Virus record (IMG/VR): IMGVR_UViG_3300025018_000093
DNA: 64,000 nucleotides
Strand: one strand, 5' to 3'
Source of the DNA: a virus
Lineage: Duplodnaviria; Caudoviricetes
Of the stretch, positions 18,982-29,420 are shown one piece after another; within the stretch, counting starts at the first letter, position 1; every line of letters starts with the position of its first letter. The notes below the pieces were generated by a model. It had not been told where the DNA came from. It did not search any database and was given only the letters and a program-made list of their open reading frames with translations. A program made the translations under genes and the position numbers.

Positions 18982-19338
18982 ATGAAAAGCATAGAGGAAC
19001 TCTGGGCAGACCGCCCCTCCCGTATTGAGAGAAAACCCGCTCGAAGTTCCGCTGTGCAGAACCCCAACCACGTCATCTTAGGTAGTGTGGAAGAGGTCCG
19101 TCGGAGAGCCCGAGAGTTAGCACAAGACTCGCTCACGACACGTCTTCATCGTCTTTACCAGGCTGCCCGCATGGCTTCCGAGCAGTCCTCTTCTGCACGG
19201 GAGCGGAGAGAAGCACTCTGGACGGTAAACTTCGTGACTTCTCTGCGTCGAAAGATAGGGAGTCTCGGAGAGTCTCCCAAAGTCGAAAAGGTCTTGCGAC
19301 AGAGAGAAGCTCTGCATGCTCCCTGGGCCAGGACTTGA
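18982..19338 (+). CDS. Hypothetical protein
   Basis: 118 aa, GAGG SD, fits the operon. Confidence 0.55.
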   Translation: MKSIEELWADRPSRIERKPARSSAVQNPNHVILGSVEEVRRRARELAQDSLTTRLHRLYQAARMASEQSSSARERREALWTVNFVTSLRRKIGSLGESPKVEKVLRQREALHAPWART

Positions 19339-19596
19339 ATGACTATGAGCAAACCGAATGAGAGACAGGTACTGGGGGCTAAGATACGAGCAGAGGCAGA
19401 GCGCTATGTGAAAGAGCGTCGAAAGCCTTTTGCAGGAGGGTGGAGCGGACCATCTCAAAAAGAGGTACAGGCCCACCTCGCGACTGTTCTGCGGATGGAC
19501 CCACAGGAAGTGAGTCGTTACCTGACATGGTCAAGGTACTGCACGCACGCTTGGTCAGATGGAGCCTGTCCACAATGCCCGGACCCAGGAAAGTGA
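19339..19596 (+). CDS. Hypothetical protein with C-terminal CxH..CxxC
   Basis: 85 aa abutting upstream stop. Confidence 0.55.
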   Translation: MTMSKPNERQVLGAKIRAEAERYVKERRKPFAGGWSGPSQKEVQAHLATVLRMDPQEVSRYLTWSRYCTHAWSDGACPQCPDPGK

Positions 19597-19612
19597 GATG
19601 CTGGAGGAAAGC

Positions 19613-20146
19613 ATGCCAGGTGTGATTGAGGTCATTGTAGGTGGAATGTACTCTGGAAAGACAGAGGAGTTAGTTCGCCGCTTGCGTCGGGCTCGCTTCG
19701 GGAAGAAGAAGGTGCTTCTGTTCAAGCCCAAGATCGACAATCGCTATAGTGAGACGGATGTGGTGTCGCATGCCCTAAACAAGTTCCCCGCCATTCCCGT
19801 CATGACCATTGAAGAGATCGAAGGGCACCTTCAGGAGGATACCGAGGTCATCGGTATTGATGAGGCTCAGTTCATCCCTGAGCTTCTTCTGTTCTGCCAT
19901 CGCATGGCGAATCTGGGAAAGCGTGTCGTGATCGCAGGGTTGGACATGGATTGGAGGGGGGAACCCTTTGGGGACATTCCAGCTCTAATGGCGACTGCGG
20001 AGAAGGTCACAAAGCTGAGGGCCATCTGCGTGGTTTGCGGTGAGGACGCAGGATTCTCGTACAAGAGGAAGGGAAGCCAGAACCAAGTGGAGGTCGGGGG
20101 AACCGATATCTACGAGGCGCGCTGTCGACGCTGCTTCTTCTCTTGA
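19613..20146 (+). CDS. tdk: Thymidine kinase
   Basis: GGMYSGKTEEL, FKPKIDNRY, IGIDEAQF, AGLDMD, Zn ligands CVVC and CRRC; SD GGAGG before ATG 19613. Confidence 0.95.
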   Translation: MPGVIEVIVGGMYSGKTEELVRRLRRARFGKKKVLLFKPKIDNRYSETDVVSHALNKFPAIPVMTIEEIEGHLQEDTEVIGIDEAQFIPELLLFCHRMANLGKRVVIAGLDMDWRGEPFGDIPALMATAEKVTKLRAICVVCGEDAGFSYKRKGSQNQVEVGGTDIYEARCRRCFFS

Positions 20147-20384
20147 TACCCACTAAATATCAGCTACTTCCAGCTGAACTTCCGAGACCCTGGAAACTCA
20201 CAGGGGTGCCAAAATCGGACTTGAAGGGGCCAGGTAGCATATGTTGTCCCCAAATGACTCTGCTACCCTGAAAGCTTCCCCTAGAGCCCCCGTATTAGGA
20301 ATATTCCGTGGTATCTCAAGAGTTTGGCAAAGGGGTGGGTCATCACTAGGGTTCCCAGACCCTTGCCCTAGGGGTGTGCATCGC

Positions 20385-21407
20385 ATGCGATACCTTGTGG
20401 ACCCCCATCCAGAGTATGCAGTACCCCAAGGGGTGAGTCGGGACTCTGTACTCCAATTAGATGCTGGGTTTTTGCAACCCCCGTTGAAAGGTAGGGGTTC
20501 CCTTTCGAAACCCTATGCCCAAGTCCTTCACACCTTGGGTCCGCATACACGACAGGTGATAGAGGAGCGATATGGTTCGCTCTGCAAGGAGCGTTGTACT
20601 CTCCACCCGCTACCCTGGTTTATTTCCCTGAGTCGATATGACCACGCACGCGAACCGGACACGCTACTCCACCAGCATGACAAGAGTTGGGGGCAACCGG
20701 ATAAGGACTGGGAAGCCTTCACGGCGCAGGGACGCTGGTGCGATGCAATGCTTCGTCTGGTGAGCGGATGGAATGAGAGCGGAGAGTTCAGTCGTGTCCC
20801 AAAGGACTGGATCAGTTTGGATGAGTTCAGCATCGGGATTGCGCACTACTGGGCAGACACCGCTCCGAAACTCCTGGCTGACTTTGTGGCGGCGTTCCCA
20901 GAATTGTCGGCAGAAGCCTGGGGTGAGGCAAAGGCTATTCAGATGCGGGAGGAAATCTGGCTTCGATCCCAGATCCGTGCTCTCACGGGGAAGCGCGCCC
21001 ATCAGGCAAAGTACAACTGGCTCTGTGCGGGCTGGTGGTTTGCAGCTCGGAAGCCGCAGGCTATCTCCTGGCAAGCAACGGAGTGGCTCCAAAGGTATGG
21101 TCGCTCTGCAAAGCGGACGATTCAATACTTTGGCTGGATGGAGCATCTCGGGGGAAGCGATGGTGGGCGTATCCTTGCGGCGGTCATCCGAATGGTCAAT
21201 TCGGGGGGTGCTAGGGGTAAGATACGGGCCGGGCACCGTCTTGTGGGAGAGAAGGCAACTCCCATGAAGGTGCTGGAAGCCGCCTACAATGCTCCGAAAG
21301 GGGAGGGTGGATACGGTCAGCCGGATCGTTGGCTGCACATTACGCAGTGGCCTGGATTTGCAGGCTCTGCACCACCTTCGCTCACGGTGCCGCTACCCGA
21401 GAAATAG
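20385..21407 (+). CDS. Hypothetical protein (possible lysozyme-like fold, unproven)
   Basis: About 340 aa ORF; DEFSIGIAHYW segment loosely resembles glycan hydrolases. Confidence 0.5.
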   Translation: MRYLVDPHPEYAVPQGVSRDSVLQLDAGFLQPPLKGRGSLSKPYAQVLHTLGPHTRQVIEERYGSLCKERCTLHPLPWFISLSRYDHAREPDTLLHQHDKSWGQPDKDWEAFTAQGRWCDAMLRLVSGWNESGEFSRVPKDWISLDEFSIGIAHYWADTAPKLLADFVAAFPELSAEAWGEAKAIQMREEIWLRSQIRALTGKRAHQAKYNWLCAGWWFAARKPQAISWQATEWLQRYGRSAKRTIQYFGWMEHLGGSDGGRILAAVIRMVNSGGARGKIRAGHRLVGEKATPMKVLEAAYNAPKGEGGYGQPDRWLHITQWPGFAGSAPPSLTVPLPEK

Positions 21408-21408
21408 C

Positions 21409-22164
21409 ATGTCAAGAGTCAAGATTGGGCAGCCTGTGGAAATAGGTCGTAAACCCAGAGGAATCCTTGTCGTCATTGAGGGGATGGACGGGGTTGGGAA
21501 GAGTACACTCACAACAGCTCTTGAAGAGGCACTCATCGCACAGGGCATCCCAGTACACCGCACGCGGGAGCCTACCAATGGTCCGTTCGGGACAATGCTG
21601 CGTGAACGGCAGGCCAGCGGCATCCGGTACACCCCGTGGGAGGAATATTGGCTTTTCATGCTCGACCGGGCAGAACACGGACGGGAGATACGTCAACACT
21701 TGGTACAAGGGAGTGTTGTTCTTTCTGACCGATACTGGCATAGCACCTGGGTTTATCAGGTTCCACGGATGATGGAGCCCCAGAGTCTGTCAGAACTGCT
21801 GGAGCAGGAGGTACTCTCCGAGGTGCTGCGGCAAACTACGTGTACAGACACGAAGTGGGATGCGACTTATGAAAGGAGGGATATCCTTGTCAAAGAGGCC
21901 GCAAAGATTACGCCTGTCCCGGATCTACTCTTCATTCTGGACCTGAGCGTGGAGAAGGCTCAGAAGCGAATTCTGGAGTCTCGTGGTGCCCTAGATGTTT
22001 TCGAGACAGAGGAACTTCTCACGCAGTATCGTGCCGACTACCAATGCTTGGCTGCGAAGCAGGGGGGTATCCTTATGTGTGCGGATCGTCCTATAGATGT
22101 GCTGGAGGAGAAGGTTCGCAAACGTGTGCTGAGCCTCCGGGATAGCTCAATAGCAGCGTTATAG
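21409..22164 (+). CDS. tmk: Thymidylate (dTMP) kinase
   Basis: VIEGMDGVGKST P-loop, REPT, DRAEH, SDRYWHST, PDLLFILD. Confidence 0.92.
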   Translation: MSRVKIGQPVEIGRKPRGILVVIEGMDGVGKSTLTTALEEALIAQGIPVHRTREPTNGPFGTMLRERQASGIRYTPWEEYWLFMLDRAEHGREIRQHLVQGSVVLSDRYWHSTWVYQVPRMMEPQSLSELLEQEVLSEVLRQTTCTDTKWDATYERRDILVKEAAKITPVPDLLFILDLSVEKAQKRILESRGALDVFETEELLTQYRADYQCLAAKQGGILMCADRPIDVLEEKVRKRVLSLRDSSIAAL

Positions 22165-22239
22165 CGAACGGTAGAGAGTTTGAGGCAGGGGCTTGGAAAA
22201 CAGCGCCAGACCATAGCGCTAGGCCACTAGGATGAGAAC

Positions 22240-25200
22240 GTGAGAAACAAAAACGCAGCTCGTAAGCAATCACCCTCCCCCACGGCAGCTTCGGAGCTGA
22301 AGCCCATCAAGCCAGAGCGGTTTGTTGATCTTTCGGTATTCTACCTGAGTCTCTCCTCATTTCTCTCCGCGCAGGGCAACAAGCATCCCCATAGCAGAAA
22401 GGGGATGGTCCTTCTTCGAAAAGCGCAATCCCAGATGGAGAGCGGACTGGAGTTGATCGTGCGTCCACTTGTGGATACGCAACGAGTCCCTCAGTTGAAG
22501 TCTCACTTTCAGAAGGCGATGGTGGGGGCCAGTGTGGAGTCCGCCCTCGACAAAGCGCAGTTTCTGTCCGCGTTTTACCGGAAGCTGAGCACTCGCATGG
22601 AGGTTGTCCAGGACGTCTTTTCGGGAAAGTCTCGGACCCCCATCATGCAACTGGTAGACGTGGTGCAGCAGGAAACTCCGGCTGCGATCCTGCACAATTT
22701 GTCCGCCATAGCCCCTGTTTCAGGCATCCAGACCTTCCACCAGTGGGTTGTGGAGGCGGCGAGTATCCTGGGTGCTAGCTTGACTCCGATGGAGTCTATC
22801 GTTGTAGACACAGCCTCGGCAGTTAGCCTTGCTCGACAGATTCGGGATGTGGATGCCAACCTGGCAACCACAAGTCCCGTGTCTGAGGAAGCTGCGAATC
22901 TGCAAGGGGAGAAGCAAAGACTCTCTCGGAAGTTGGAGCAAGTGGTCGAAAACTCGGACAACCCTAACGTGGTTCTCAGCGGAGCTGTCAACGAGATCAA
23001 CAAGAACAAGGAAACAGGGTACCTTACCGAGATTGGGAAGCGTTTGGGGCACACCCCGGATCAAGAAGCTGCAATGATGGTTAGTGGAAAGTCCATCATC
23101 GCTGCCGGAGCGGGCTCTGGTAAGTGCGTTACAGGAGAGACAATCGTTTCTACCCCCAATGGTCCAAAGCGTATCGACGAATGTGCAGCGGTTTCCACTA
23201 CACTTTCCGTGGACGTCTCTCATTTGAGTACGGGGTGGAAAGAGGCACAGTGGCTAGATATGGGGGTGAGCGAGACACTGGAAGTCCAAACCAGGTCAGG
23301 GATTCTTCTGCGTGGTACCCCGGAGCATCCACTTCTTGTTTGGGGTAGCGAAGGGAAAGCTATCTGGAAGACTTTGGCGAGTCTTGAACCCGAAGTAGAT
23401 CATGTGCTTCTTTTGCCAGGTTTTGCGCGAGAGACAGGTACAACGGCCGTAGACCATGAGGAGGCATACTTGTATGGCCTTCTTATGGGAGATGGATGGG
23501 TCGACGTCAAACAAGGTCGTGTATCTTGGTCGCGTGGCGGAGAGTACTTGCCTCCGCATTACTACCGCCTGATGGCTGACATCTTTGAGGTCACTCCCAA
23601 GGCACATCCCAAGCGGGATACCCAAAGTGTGACGCATGAGGTGTGGTCACGGAAACTCGTAACGTTGCTTCAGGAAAAAGGTCTTGCTTTCGCATCTGCT
23701 AGGGACAAGAGCATACCTGCGTATCTAGTCTCGGCAACGGACGCGGAACGTATTCGGTTCCTGCAGGGACTTTTCGATACAGATGGCACGGCTACAGGTG
23801 ACCGCGAATTTGAGTGGCTTTCTGCCTCTGAGACGTTAGCTCGACAAGTACACCAGATGCTTTTAGGTCTTGGTGTAGTGGGTCTCTTGCGACCGAAACA
23901 TGTGAAGGAGTACCCCGACCATACGTACTGGAGAGTTTTTATCTCCGGTGAGCACCTTAGAACTTTCCAGGAAGTTGTGGGTTTCCGCTACGAGTTCAAG
24001 AAGAGTGCCGACTTGCAGGACCTTTGCCAAAAGGATTGCAACCCCAATATCGGAACGTATCCCCATGTTGGAAACCTGCTGAAGGAAGTGCGTGAGACCT
24101 GGAAAAGCCAACAACGCTGGGACGGTAGAAAGCAGTCACTCCTTATGGATGAGCGTTGGGTACAAGTTAAGCATTACCTACTAGGTAGTAGGGAACCTTC
24201 TAGGGAGAAACTCCAATCGCTCATACAGGGGTGTGAGAGTGAAGCCACTACTACTTTAGGTAGCTTGCTTCAGTTCTATCCAGATGCCGTTGTTGCAGTG
24301 AAGCCCTTTGGTAAGCAAGCCGTCTACGACTTCACAGTTCCTGAAACGCATAGCTTTATCGCCAATGGAATCGTATCGCACAACACCCGAGTCTTGGCTT
24401 CAAAGGTTGCCTGGCACATCGAACAGGGGGTTGCTCCCAGTCAAATCATAGCGACCTCCTTCGCACAGAAGTCGGCGGCAGAGCTGTTTGAACGCATTGA
24501 GAAGTACGGGTCACCCATAACGGATGACGTGGCGAAAGAGGGGTACGGGACCACGCACAGCGTTGCTCGTAGCCTCATTAAGCGCTTCGCGCCCAACATC
24601 ACCATGCGACCCTTGATTGAGAAGGGTCTTCAATCAAAGCTCATTCGCCTGGCGATGGAGCAGGTGCAGATGACGCCCCTGCGAGCTGGGGTCGGAGATC
24701 CGGACCCCGAGGAATCCTTCTTTCCTCCTGTTGGGACTGCCGGTCCTGGAGGTCCTGCGGGTGACATTGCGGCGGAGGACCCCGAAACACCCGACATGGG
24801 GACGGAATACGAGAGAGCCGTGCTTCAGGCTCTGCAGTACCATCAGCGGCTGGATGCTCGCATTGGACCCCAGGGTTGGTTGAACTGGACGCTTGGTTTC
24901 CTGAATGACATGCTCGACCAGGATCCCGCCAAGTTCACTCCCAGTATGAAAGCTTCTCTGAATAAGGCCCTGGGCCGTGTCAAATCCGTTTCCTACCGCA
25001 TTGCAGGTGCATCACAGGGTGCCGACAAGAGCTACTTCTACAAGAACCCCGCTAATCAGTGGTTCAACATCGGGCGAAAGCCTTTGATGGACGACATGAG
25101 TAGGCCTATTGGGGCTCGTCGTTTCGGAACAGCGATCAGTGGGTACAAAGCTAATCTTGAGACCCCTGGGAAGCTCTGGGCGGAGACGGGTGGCAACCAC

Positions 25201-28071
25201 AAAGGTGAAGCAGCTCTCTTCACTGCTGTGTATGGAGCCTACGAGTGGTTGAAGAGCAACGATACGCAATTTGGCGGAGGGTATGATCACGATGACACGT
25301 TGATCAATGCCGCCAAGGTTTTGGTCGGAAATCCGAAGGCTTTGGAGTACGCCCTGGCGCGTTGGAAAGTCGTGCTTGTTGACGAGGCGCAGGACTTGAA
25401 CCAGTGCCAGCACGTCATTTTCGGCCTGATCTCCGGGTACTTTGATCCGAATACCCAGAAGCCCTACGAAGATGGAAGATTGCACGCGGACACGTACACC
25501 TTCATTGGGGATGACAAACAATGCGTGGCTGATGACACTCCCGTGCTAACACCCTCTGGGCCAATCCTTGCAAAAAATCTTCGTCCTGGCGACAAGGTTC
25601 TGTCCTATCGGAATGGGGAAGTAGTTCCGCAGACAGTTCGTCACAACATGAGAAGTGATTGGGACCATGGACTTCGGGTGATAACAGAGTCCGGTAAAGA
25701 ACTTCTGATGTCTCCAAATCACAAGCTGTGGGCTACAAACCCGCAGTTGGAGGACGAACAACACATCGTGTATCTGATGTGGCGAGAGGACTTTGGATTT
25801 CGAGTGGGTGTCACCAATAATGGACGGGATGACTCGCATCTCTATCTCTACGGGCAACGCCCTGTCGCTGAAAAAGCAGATAAGTTCTGGGTTCTCGATA
25901 TCACAGAGAACCGAGATTCTGCGCTTCTCCTCGAAGACTGTTATTCTTTGGAGCATCAGATACCCAAAGCAGTCTACCACACGAATCATCGGAATGGTTT
26001 CAAGGGTTCCTACGAGAAGCACATTCAGAAGATTTTTGCTCGCTTCGGCCACAACGGAGTCTGCCTCCTTGAGAAGAAAGAACTATCTTTCGATCTCCCA
26101 CATTGGGTTGCTCGAACCTTCGTGAAAGCGAAAAAGTACACAATCCAAGTGGTCGCACATGGTCCAAAGGGAACGCAAGTCAACCTGGAATGTGGACCGG
26201 AAGTAGACTTGGGAGCTATCTCCTTCAAGAAGCGCCCACAGGATAGAAAACTCATTCGCAAGTGGTTCGGCAACTATCGTGAGGCTCTGCAGTTTGTAGA
26301 CGTGTTGCAGAAACAGACAGGTGCGCTGGTAGCAAAACACTTGTCTTCACCTGCGGGGTCCCTTCGGATGTTGACAGCCTCTGCGTTGTATCCGGGGATG
26401 GAGCTTGTCCTCTATGACGGGGAAGACGTGGAGATGGATGCGATTATCTCCGTGGATCCTGTGGATCCTGCGGAGGGGGTTGTGTTTCTGGACTTGGATG
26501 TAGAGGATGCCTCCAACTTCTTTGCCTGTAACCTGTTGGTTTCCAATAGTATTTACGAATTTCGTGGTGCAACCCCGGAGAAGTTCATCGAAATGTCTGA
26601 CCTGGTGCCAGGAGGTGCTGGGTTCACGACGAAAGTTCTGGAGGTCAACTTCCGTTCCGGCGCCGCGATTGTGGACGCAGCAAACAGGTTGATTGCTCAC
26701 AACACGAAGCAGATCCCGATGGTTTGCCGTGCTGCAGAGCGGAATGGCATGGGGTCTATCAATTACGTAGACGTGGCCACGCATGCCAGCGGGGCTGCTT
26801 TTGCTGCTGAGCGCATTCAGGAGCTGACCAGTGGGGACAACCCCCAATTTGGAGTGCAGGACTTTGGTGTGGCTGTGCGAACGAATGCCGAGGCATTTGC
26901 GTTTGGCGTTGAGATGTTGAAAAGGGGGATGCCCTTCCGTTCTCGAATGAGTTTCTTCGGGGATGACACGACCAAAGCACTGGTGGCGTGGATGCGCATT
27001 GCGGATGCCGCAAGCCTCCGGGAAATCAACCAGGGGGTTCTGGAGGCACATCGCACCCCTCGATTTGGTTTGGACGATGTCTTCGGTTCGCAGCTGCAAA
27101 AGCAAGCTCGGGGGAAAAACTACTATGAGTACCTAGTCAGTGGTGGATGGCGAAACATCTACACAGGAGAGCAGGGCTGGCGAAATGCCAAGCTCGTAAA
27201 ACCCTATGTGGACGCACTCCAGCGGGTACAGGCCCTGAAGTCTACTGCTTCACCCCAGGAGATCCTAGACTTCATCCTGAATATGGAAGGGGCACCGTTA
27301 CCTGGTGGAAAGCCACCGCAATCTACGATTACGTCCTTGATCGAGAAGGTAAAGGGATCTCCTGATGCTATGGACCTCCTCGTGCAGGAGGTTGATGGCG
27401 GGGAAGTCACTGAGGATTCCATGCGTGGGTTGGCCCTCGCCCCCGTGGCTCCGCTAATGGGGTTGCTGGAAGGTTACGAGGACATCGGTCCTGCGATGAA
27501 GTTCATCCAGAAGCTTCAGCATGCTAATGAAAAGAAGCACAAGCAAGACAGCCCAAATGCATCGGACTACGCGGAACCTGCAGTCGTCATCGATACCGTC
27601 CACGGTTGGAAGGGGTTGGAGACGAAGAACCTGTTTATTCCCATGGCAAAGGATGTCTTCCCGCATGTACGCTCGAAGGAGTCCGAGAGGGATATGGCCT
27701 CGGAACGTCGTCTTGCTTACGTGGCCATCACACGCGGGAAGGAATCTGTCACGATCATCGCCCCTGCGGAGAGTCACACTGGAAAGCCAGCCGGTCCGAG
27801 TGAGTTTGTGTTCGAGGCTTGCATTCCCTCGGTGACCAGTCTTGCTGAGGAGAATCCAGCGTTGGCGCAGGAAATGGGAAAAGAGCCCGCAGTGGAAGTT
27901 CCTGCAGAGGAAGCACCTGTAAAGAAGCCTCGTCGCCGCACCCGAAAGCAAAGCTCCCGCACCTACACGGAGGCTGAGTTTGAGGCCTATCTTCGAGGGG
28001 ACACCGCATTCTTTGAGTCGATGGACCTGGAGAAGCAGTGGAACAAGCCGTATGTGGAGGAAGAGGAATGA
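22240..28071 (+). CDS. UvrD/REP-family SF1 helicase with N-terminal extension and two inteins
   Basis: AAGAGSGK|T, VDEAQD, GDDKQ|SIYEFRGA, NFRS, TVHGWKGLE, ERRLAYVAITR. Confidence 0.93.
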   Translation: MRNKNAARKQSPSPTAASELKPIKPERFVDLSVFYLSLSSFLSAQGNKHPHSRKGMVLLRKAQSQMESGLELIVRPLVDTQRVPQLKSHFQKAMVGASVESALDKAQFLSAFYRKLSTRMEVVQDVFSGKSRTPIMQLVDVVQQETPAAILHNLSAIAPVSGIQTFHQWVVEAASILGASLTPMESIVVDTASAVSLARQIRDVDANLATTSPVSEEAANLQGEKQRLSRKLEQVVENSDNPNVVLSGAVNEINKNKETGYLTEIGKRLGHTPDQEAAMMVSGKSIIAAGAGSGKCVTGETIVSTPNGPKRIDECAAVSTTLSVDVSHLSTGWKEAQWLDMGVSETLEVQTRSGILLRGTPEHPLLVWGSEGKAIWKTLASLEPEVDHVLLLPGFARETGTTAVDHEEAYLYGLLMGDGWVDVKQGRVSWSRGGEYLPPHYYRLMADIFEVTPKAHPKRDTQSVTHEVWSRKLVTLLQEKGLAFASARDKSIPAYLVSATDAERIRFLQGLFDTDGTATGDREFEWLSASETLARQVHQMLLGLGVVGLLRPKHVKEYPDHTYWRVFISGEHLRTFQEVVGFRYEFKKSADLQDLCQKDCNPNIGTYPHVGNLLKEVRETWKSQQRWDGRKQSLLMDERWVQVKHYLLGSREPSREKLQSLIQGCESEATTTLGSLLQFYPDAVVAVKPFGKQAVYDFTVPETHSFIANGIVSHNTRVLASKVAWHIEQGVAPSQIIATSFAQKSAAELFERIEKYGSPITDDVAKEGYGTTHSVARSLIKRFAPNITMRPLIEKGLQSKLIRLAMEQVQMTPLRAGVGDPDPEESFFPPVGTAGPGGPAGDIAAEDPETPDMGTEYERAVLQALQYHQRLDARIGPQGWLNWTLGFLNDMLDQDPAKFTPSMKASLNKALGRVKSVSYRIAGASQGADKSYFYKNPANQWFNIGRKPLMDDMSRPIGARRFGTAISGYKANLETPGKLWAETGGNHKGEAALFTAVYGAYEWLKSNDTQFGGGYDHDDTLINAAKVLVGNPKALEYALARWKVVLVDEAQDLNQCQHVIFGLISGYFDPNTQKPYEDGRLHADTYTFIGDDKQCVADDTPVLTPSGPILAKNLRPGDKVLSYRNGEVVPQTVRHNMRSDWDHGLRVITESGKELLMSPNHKLWATNPQLEDEQHIVYLMWREDFGFRVGVTNNGRDDSHLYLYGQRPVAEKADKFWVLDITENRDSALLLEDCYSLEHQIPKAVYHTNHRNGFKGSYEKHIQKIFARFGHNGVCLLEKKELSFDLPHWVARTFVKAKKYTIQVVAHGPKGTQVNLECGPEVDLGAISFKKRPQDRKLIRKWFGNYREALQFVDVLQKQTGALVAKHLSSPAGSLRMLTASALYPGMELVLYDGEDVEMDAIISVDPVDPAEGVVFLDLDVEDASNFFACNLLVSNSIYEFRGATPEKFIEMSDLVPGGAGFTTKVLEVNFRSGAAIVDAANRLIAHNTKQIPMVCRAAERNGMGSINYVDVATHASGAAFAAERIQELTSGDNPQFGVQDFGVAVRTNAEAFAFGVEMLKRGMPFRSRMSFFGDDTTKALVAWMRIADAASLREINQGVLEAHRTPRFGLDDVFGSQLQKQARGKNYYEYLVSGGWRNIYTGEQGWRNAKLVKPYVDALQRVQALKSTASPQEILDFILNMEGAPLPGGKPPQSTITSLIEKVKGSPDAMDLLVQEVDGGEVTEDSMRGLALAPVAPLMGLLEGYEDIGPAMKFIQKLQHANEKKHKQDSPNASDYAEPAVVIDTVHGWKGLETKNLFIPMAKDVFPHVRSKESERDMASERRLAYVAITRGKESVTIIAPAESHTGKPAGPSEFVFEACIPSVTSLAEENPALAQEMGKEPAVEVPAEEAPVKKPRRRTRKQSSRTYTEAEFEAYLRGDTAFFESMDLEKQWNKPYVEEEE
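23125..24384 (+). mobile_element. Intein 1 of UvrD (420 aa, LAGLIDADG) in Walker A
   Basis: CVTGETIV start, TPEHP block B, YGLLMGDG and GLFDTDG, ends VYDFTVPETHSFIANGIVSHN followed by Thr+1. Confidence 0.95.
25522..26547 (+). mobile_element. Intein 2 of UvrD (342 aa) in motif III, with a non-LAGLIDADG insert
   Basis: CVADDTPV start, SPNHKL block B, ends FLDLDVEDASNFFACNLLVSN followed by Ser+1; insert IVYLMWREDFGFRVGVT. Confidence 0.9.
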
Positions 28072-28865
28072 TAGCCCCAGAGAAACTATGGGATTACCCT
28101 CCCATGCAACGAAGGCAGTCCGCAACCACCTACGTTCAGATCAGTCGAGAGGAGTTCGAGGACTGGTTGGACACGCTAGGGCGGTGGCAACAAAAGAAGG
28201 GGACGGCGGGCATCTATCAGGTCCCTCTTTCTGCCAATGTTGCGGTACAGATTTCGTCTACCATGGCCTCTCAAGGGCAGGCAATGGGATACGCCGATGC
28301 GTCCATTCAGATGCGTCTGGTGAGTCTGATTACGGGACAGGTGCTGAATAAGAAGGCGCAGGGTGTCTCTCATTTCAAGCGCACCAAGAACTGGCGGAGT
28401 ACCCTGGAGAAGGCGTTCCAGACGTTCAAGGGTGTGTACCTGAAGTCCCAGTCTTTCTACGATTCCATCGCAGTGGTGAGCGACCGGGATGCTTATAAGA
28501 CGGACATGCTCCAGGCTATCGAGAGCATCTCTGGATGGGAGAGCATGAAGATCCTCAAGGACTTCCATGCGCAGGTGTCTAAAGGGGCTATCCTGTCTTC
28601 CAAGCAGAAGGCTGTAGTTGACCGAATCAAGGAAGATGAGGGTGGAAGGAAGCCGGAAGTCGAAATAAAGCCGGAGGCAGCTCCCCAAGTCGATGAGGAC
28701 TTACTACAGCGTCTGCGCCAGCTCTGGCTGGCAGCTCGGAAGGAAAGCGACACCTGGACGATGGAGTTCACCCGTTCTGTGGGTGAGCAATACAAGCGTC
28801 GGGGCACCCTCACCGAAAAGCAGATGAAGGTCTTGGAGGGGAAGTTCAAGGCGTTCCGAGTGTAG
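28068..28865 (+). CDS. Hypothetical protein
   Basis: ATGA overlap with UvrD stop; two similar helical modules (ILKDFHAQVSKGAILSSKQ / FTRSVGEQYKRRGTLTEKQ). Confidence 0.7.
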   Translation: MIAPEKLWDYPPMQRRQSATTYVQISREEFEDWLDTLGRWQQKKGTAGIYQVPLSANVAVQISSTMASQGQAMGYADASIQMRLVSLITGQVLNKKAQGVSHFKRTKNWRSTLEKAFQTFKGVYLKSQSFYDSIAVVSDRDAYKTDMLQAIESISGWESMKILKDFHAQVSKGAILSSKQKAVVDRIKEDEGGRKPEVEIKPEAAPQVDEDLLQRLRQLWLAARKESDTWTMEFTRSVGEQYKRRGTLTEKQMKVLEGKFKAFRV

Positions 28866-28973
28866 CGCTCTGCTGGTGACCTGCTGCTCTTGGAGGGATG
28901 CGTCCCGTAGCCTGATTTGATACTATTTACTACAAGAGGATACCTCATCCTCTCTTCTCACTGAGGCTTTTTC

Positions 28974-29420
28974 TTGGAAATCCAGCGAGCATACAAGGTC
29001 GAGTTAGACCCAAACAACGAGCAGCTTACCGCTCTGCGGTGCCATGCCGGTTGTGCGCGTTGGGCTTACAACTGGGGACTCCAGCAGAAGATCACTTCCT
29101 TCAAAGAGACCGGGAAGTCCCCTAGTGCTACCGAGCTGCACAAAGAGTTGAATAAACTCAAGGGTGTAGACCTCGCAGATGGCGGTGTCCACTGGATGTA
29201 CAATGTTTCGAAGTGTGCTCCTCAGGAGGCATTGCGGGACCTGGACAGAGCCTTCCAGAACTTCTTCCGTCGGTGTCGTAAGGGTGCAGGACAAAAGGGG
29301 TTCCCCAAGTGGAAGTCCCGACACAATCAGCTACACTCTCTGAGCGAGCTGGCAGGCTGCCTCATTGAAGCAGGAACCAAACTCAATCGCTACTCAGTAG
29401 CAATTGGTAGGTTTTGGTGA
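28974..29420 (+). pseudogene. tnpB: Truncated IS200/IS605 TnpB (N-terminal HTH/WED part only)
   Basis: RAYKVELDPNNEQL..L..HAGCARWAYNWGL...ELNKLK...QEALRDLDRAFQNFF...GFPKWKSR, then similarity is lost; no RuvC motifs. Confidence 0.85.

Noticed and set aside
28974-29420. TnpB/Cas12-like effector for the orphan CRISPR array
   Set aside because: It is truncated before RuvC, lies 18 kb away, and the repeat has class 1 features.
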